64,000 nucleotides of DNA, from assembly GCA_963677595.1 (NCBI GenBank), contig OY782041.1, forward strand, positions 2,144,001-2,208,000. Direction: 5' to 3'. Positions 62,666 to 64,000 of this stretch are shown one piece after another (position 1 is the stretch's first letter; every line of letters starts with the position of its first letter). The translations under genes and the position numbers were made by a program. Under the pieces are notes generated by a model, which worked only from the letters and a program-made list of their open reading frames with translations, searched no databases and had not been told where the DNA came from. This stretch comes from Spirochaetia bacterium. Lineage in GTDB: Bacteria > Spirochaetota > Spirochaetia > CAKZLE01.

Positions 62666-64000
62666 ATGATGAACAAAAAAATTGTAATAATATGTACCAT
62701 CATTCTTATTCTTGTAGGAATAGCCAGTTGTGATCTGTTTTCATTAAACGAATGGTTTGATTTTCCTACAGAAGCAGTTATAACAATCGATGATTCAACA
62801 GTCCCAATTATTGGAGATTCTATTACCCTAGATGGTAGTTCGAGCAAATGTGGTATGAATGAATCATTAATCTATAATTGGGAGGTAATACAAAGACCGT
62901 TAGGTTCTGTTGCCACACTAGAACAAACTACTGCACAGCAATCCTCGTTAATTCCTGATTATGCAGGAACATATATAATTAGATTAACCGTAGTAGATGA
63001 TGATGAAGATAGCAATAGCTGTAACTATTCAATCGATGTTTCCGCTATTATTACTGCTACAGCTGGAACAGGAGGGAGTATCACCCCCAGTGGTGATGTG
63101 AGTGCTACACAGGGGAGTGATAAAACATTTACGATTACACCAGAAACAGGGTATGAGATAGCAGATGTGTTCGTAGATGGCGAAAGTGTTGGAGCTGTTA
63201 CGAGTCATACCTTCGATGATGTAACTGAGAACCATACGATAAGTGCAACATTCTCATTGGTAGATTATGTAATTACTGCTTCAGCCGGAACAGGAGGGAG
63301 TATCAATCCGAGCGGAGATGTGAGTGTAACGCATGGGGATGATAAGACATTCACCATTACACCAGAAACAGGGTATGAGATAGCAGATATCATAGTGGAT
63401 GATAGCGGCATAGGTGTTGTATCTACTTACACCTTCTCAGAAGTTTCAGAAAACCATACAATCAGTGCAACATTTGTGCAGAGTGAATTCACGATTACAT
63501 TTGTTAAGAATTCAACTGATGCAACTGGTACTATGTCTCCAGAATCAGTAACAAGTGGTGATACCATCTCTCTCCCTGCTGTTGGATATACGAGATCAGG
63601 GTATACCTTCTCTGGATGGGCAACGAGTTCTGTAGGAACCGTAGTATATACTGATCAGGCGTCATATACGATGGGATCATCAGATGTAACGCTATATGCC
63701 GTTTGGCAGAGTACCGTTCAATATATGGTAAGTTTCGATAAGAATGATAGTGCAGCAACAGGAAGCATGTTAAGCCAATGGATTACGCAAGGGCAGACTG
63801 AGAATCTTGATCCCAACGGGTATAGTAAGGAAGGTTGGTCATTCGTAGGTTGGTCTATGACAAGTAGTGGGAGTATTGCATATGTTGATCAAGCCCCATT
63901 TACCATGGGAAGTAATCATGTACCTTTGTATGCTTTATGGAAAATAAATGATTATACTATAACCTTTGATAAAAATGACGAGTTAGCTGAAGGAGAGATG
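62666..64000 (+). CDS. Surface lipoprotein 4 (runs off window; not in ORF track)
   Basis: MMNKKIVIICTIILILVGIASCDLFSLNEWFDFPTEAVIT...; 2 repeats then at least 2 full Flg_new units and the start of a third. Confidence 0.85.
   Translation, partial: MMNKKIVIICTIILILVGIASCDLFSLNEWFDFPTEAVITIDDSTVPIIGDSITLDGSSSKCGMNESLIYNWEVIQRPLGSVATLEQTTAQQSSLIPDYAGTYIIRLTVVDDDEDSNSCNYSIDVSAIITATAGTGGSITPSGDVSATQGSDKTFTITPETGYEIADVFVDGESVGAVTSHTFDDVTENHTISATFSLVDYVITASAGTGGSINPSGDVSVTHGDDKTFTITPETGYEIADIIVDDSGIGVVSTYTFSEVSENHTISATFVQSEFTITFVKNSTDATGTMSPESVTSGDTISLPAVGYTRSGYTFSGWATSSVGTVVYTDQASYTMGSSDVTLYAVWQSTVQYMVSFDKNDSAATGSMLSQWITQGQTENLDPNGYSKEGWSFVGWSMTSSGSIAYVDQAPFTMGSNHVPLYALWKINDYTITFDKNDELAEGEM

Larger units (their letters stand above)
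55350..63480 (+). repeat. 222 bp (74 aa) repeat family, 16 copies over four genes (4,4,6,2)
   Basis: ITASAGTGGSI.PSGDVSVT.G.DKTFTITPETGYE..DV.VDG.SVGAVTS.TF.DVTENHTISATF; spacing 55379 to 55601. Confidence 0.92.

Noticed and set aside
55350-63480. CRISPR array
   Set aside because: Repeats are 222 bp in-frame coding units without unique spacers; no cas genes

Overview
Bacterial chromosome segment, most likely a spirochaete (pyrG-lptC-lptA-lptB-rpoN-hpf synteny, spirochaete-style lipoproteins), with three zones. (1) 1-35.4 kb is GC-rich core of an anaerobe: peptide ABC genes, pyruvate:ferredoxin oxidoreductase, an oxidative-stress cluster (rubrerythrin, desulfoferrodoxin, ferritin, rubredoxin, nitroreductase), class III RNR (nrdD-redoxin-nrdG) with NrdR boxes, MerR/alcohol dehydrogenase, a small islet with two antitoxins whose toxins appear deleted, rpoN/lpt/pyrG, a GH3 and tRNA-Leu(CAG). 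Two promoter-to-terminator units without an ORF look like sRNAs; one shares a PerR/Fur-like palindrome with the superoxide reductase operon. Many core genes look leaderless. (2) 35.4-51.7 kb is an island after the tRNA in which nine mobile-element insertions (IS630, several IS1634/IS4-like, a Mutator-like element, IS21, a RIT-like recombinase element) are stacked, mostly inside one another and inside a destroyed SIR2-like gene; most boundaries and target duplications can be read directly. (3) 52-64 kb is an AT-rich operon: two LPP20-like lipoproteins, a CsgG/HfaB-like protein and at least four tandem mosaic surface lipoproteins with a shared N-terminal motif, variable repeat stalks and divergent DUF1566-like tips - the best candidate for an undescribed export/adhesin system. 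All family assignments are by motif recognition only; no database searches were run.
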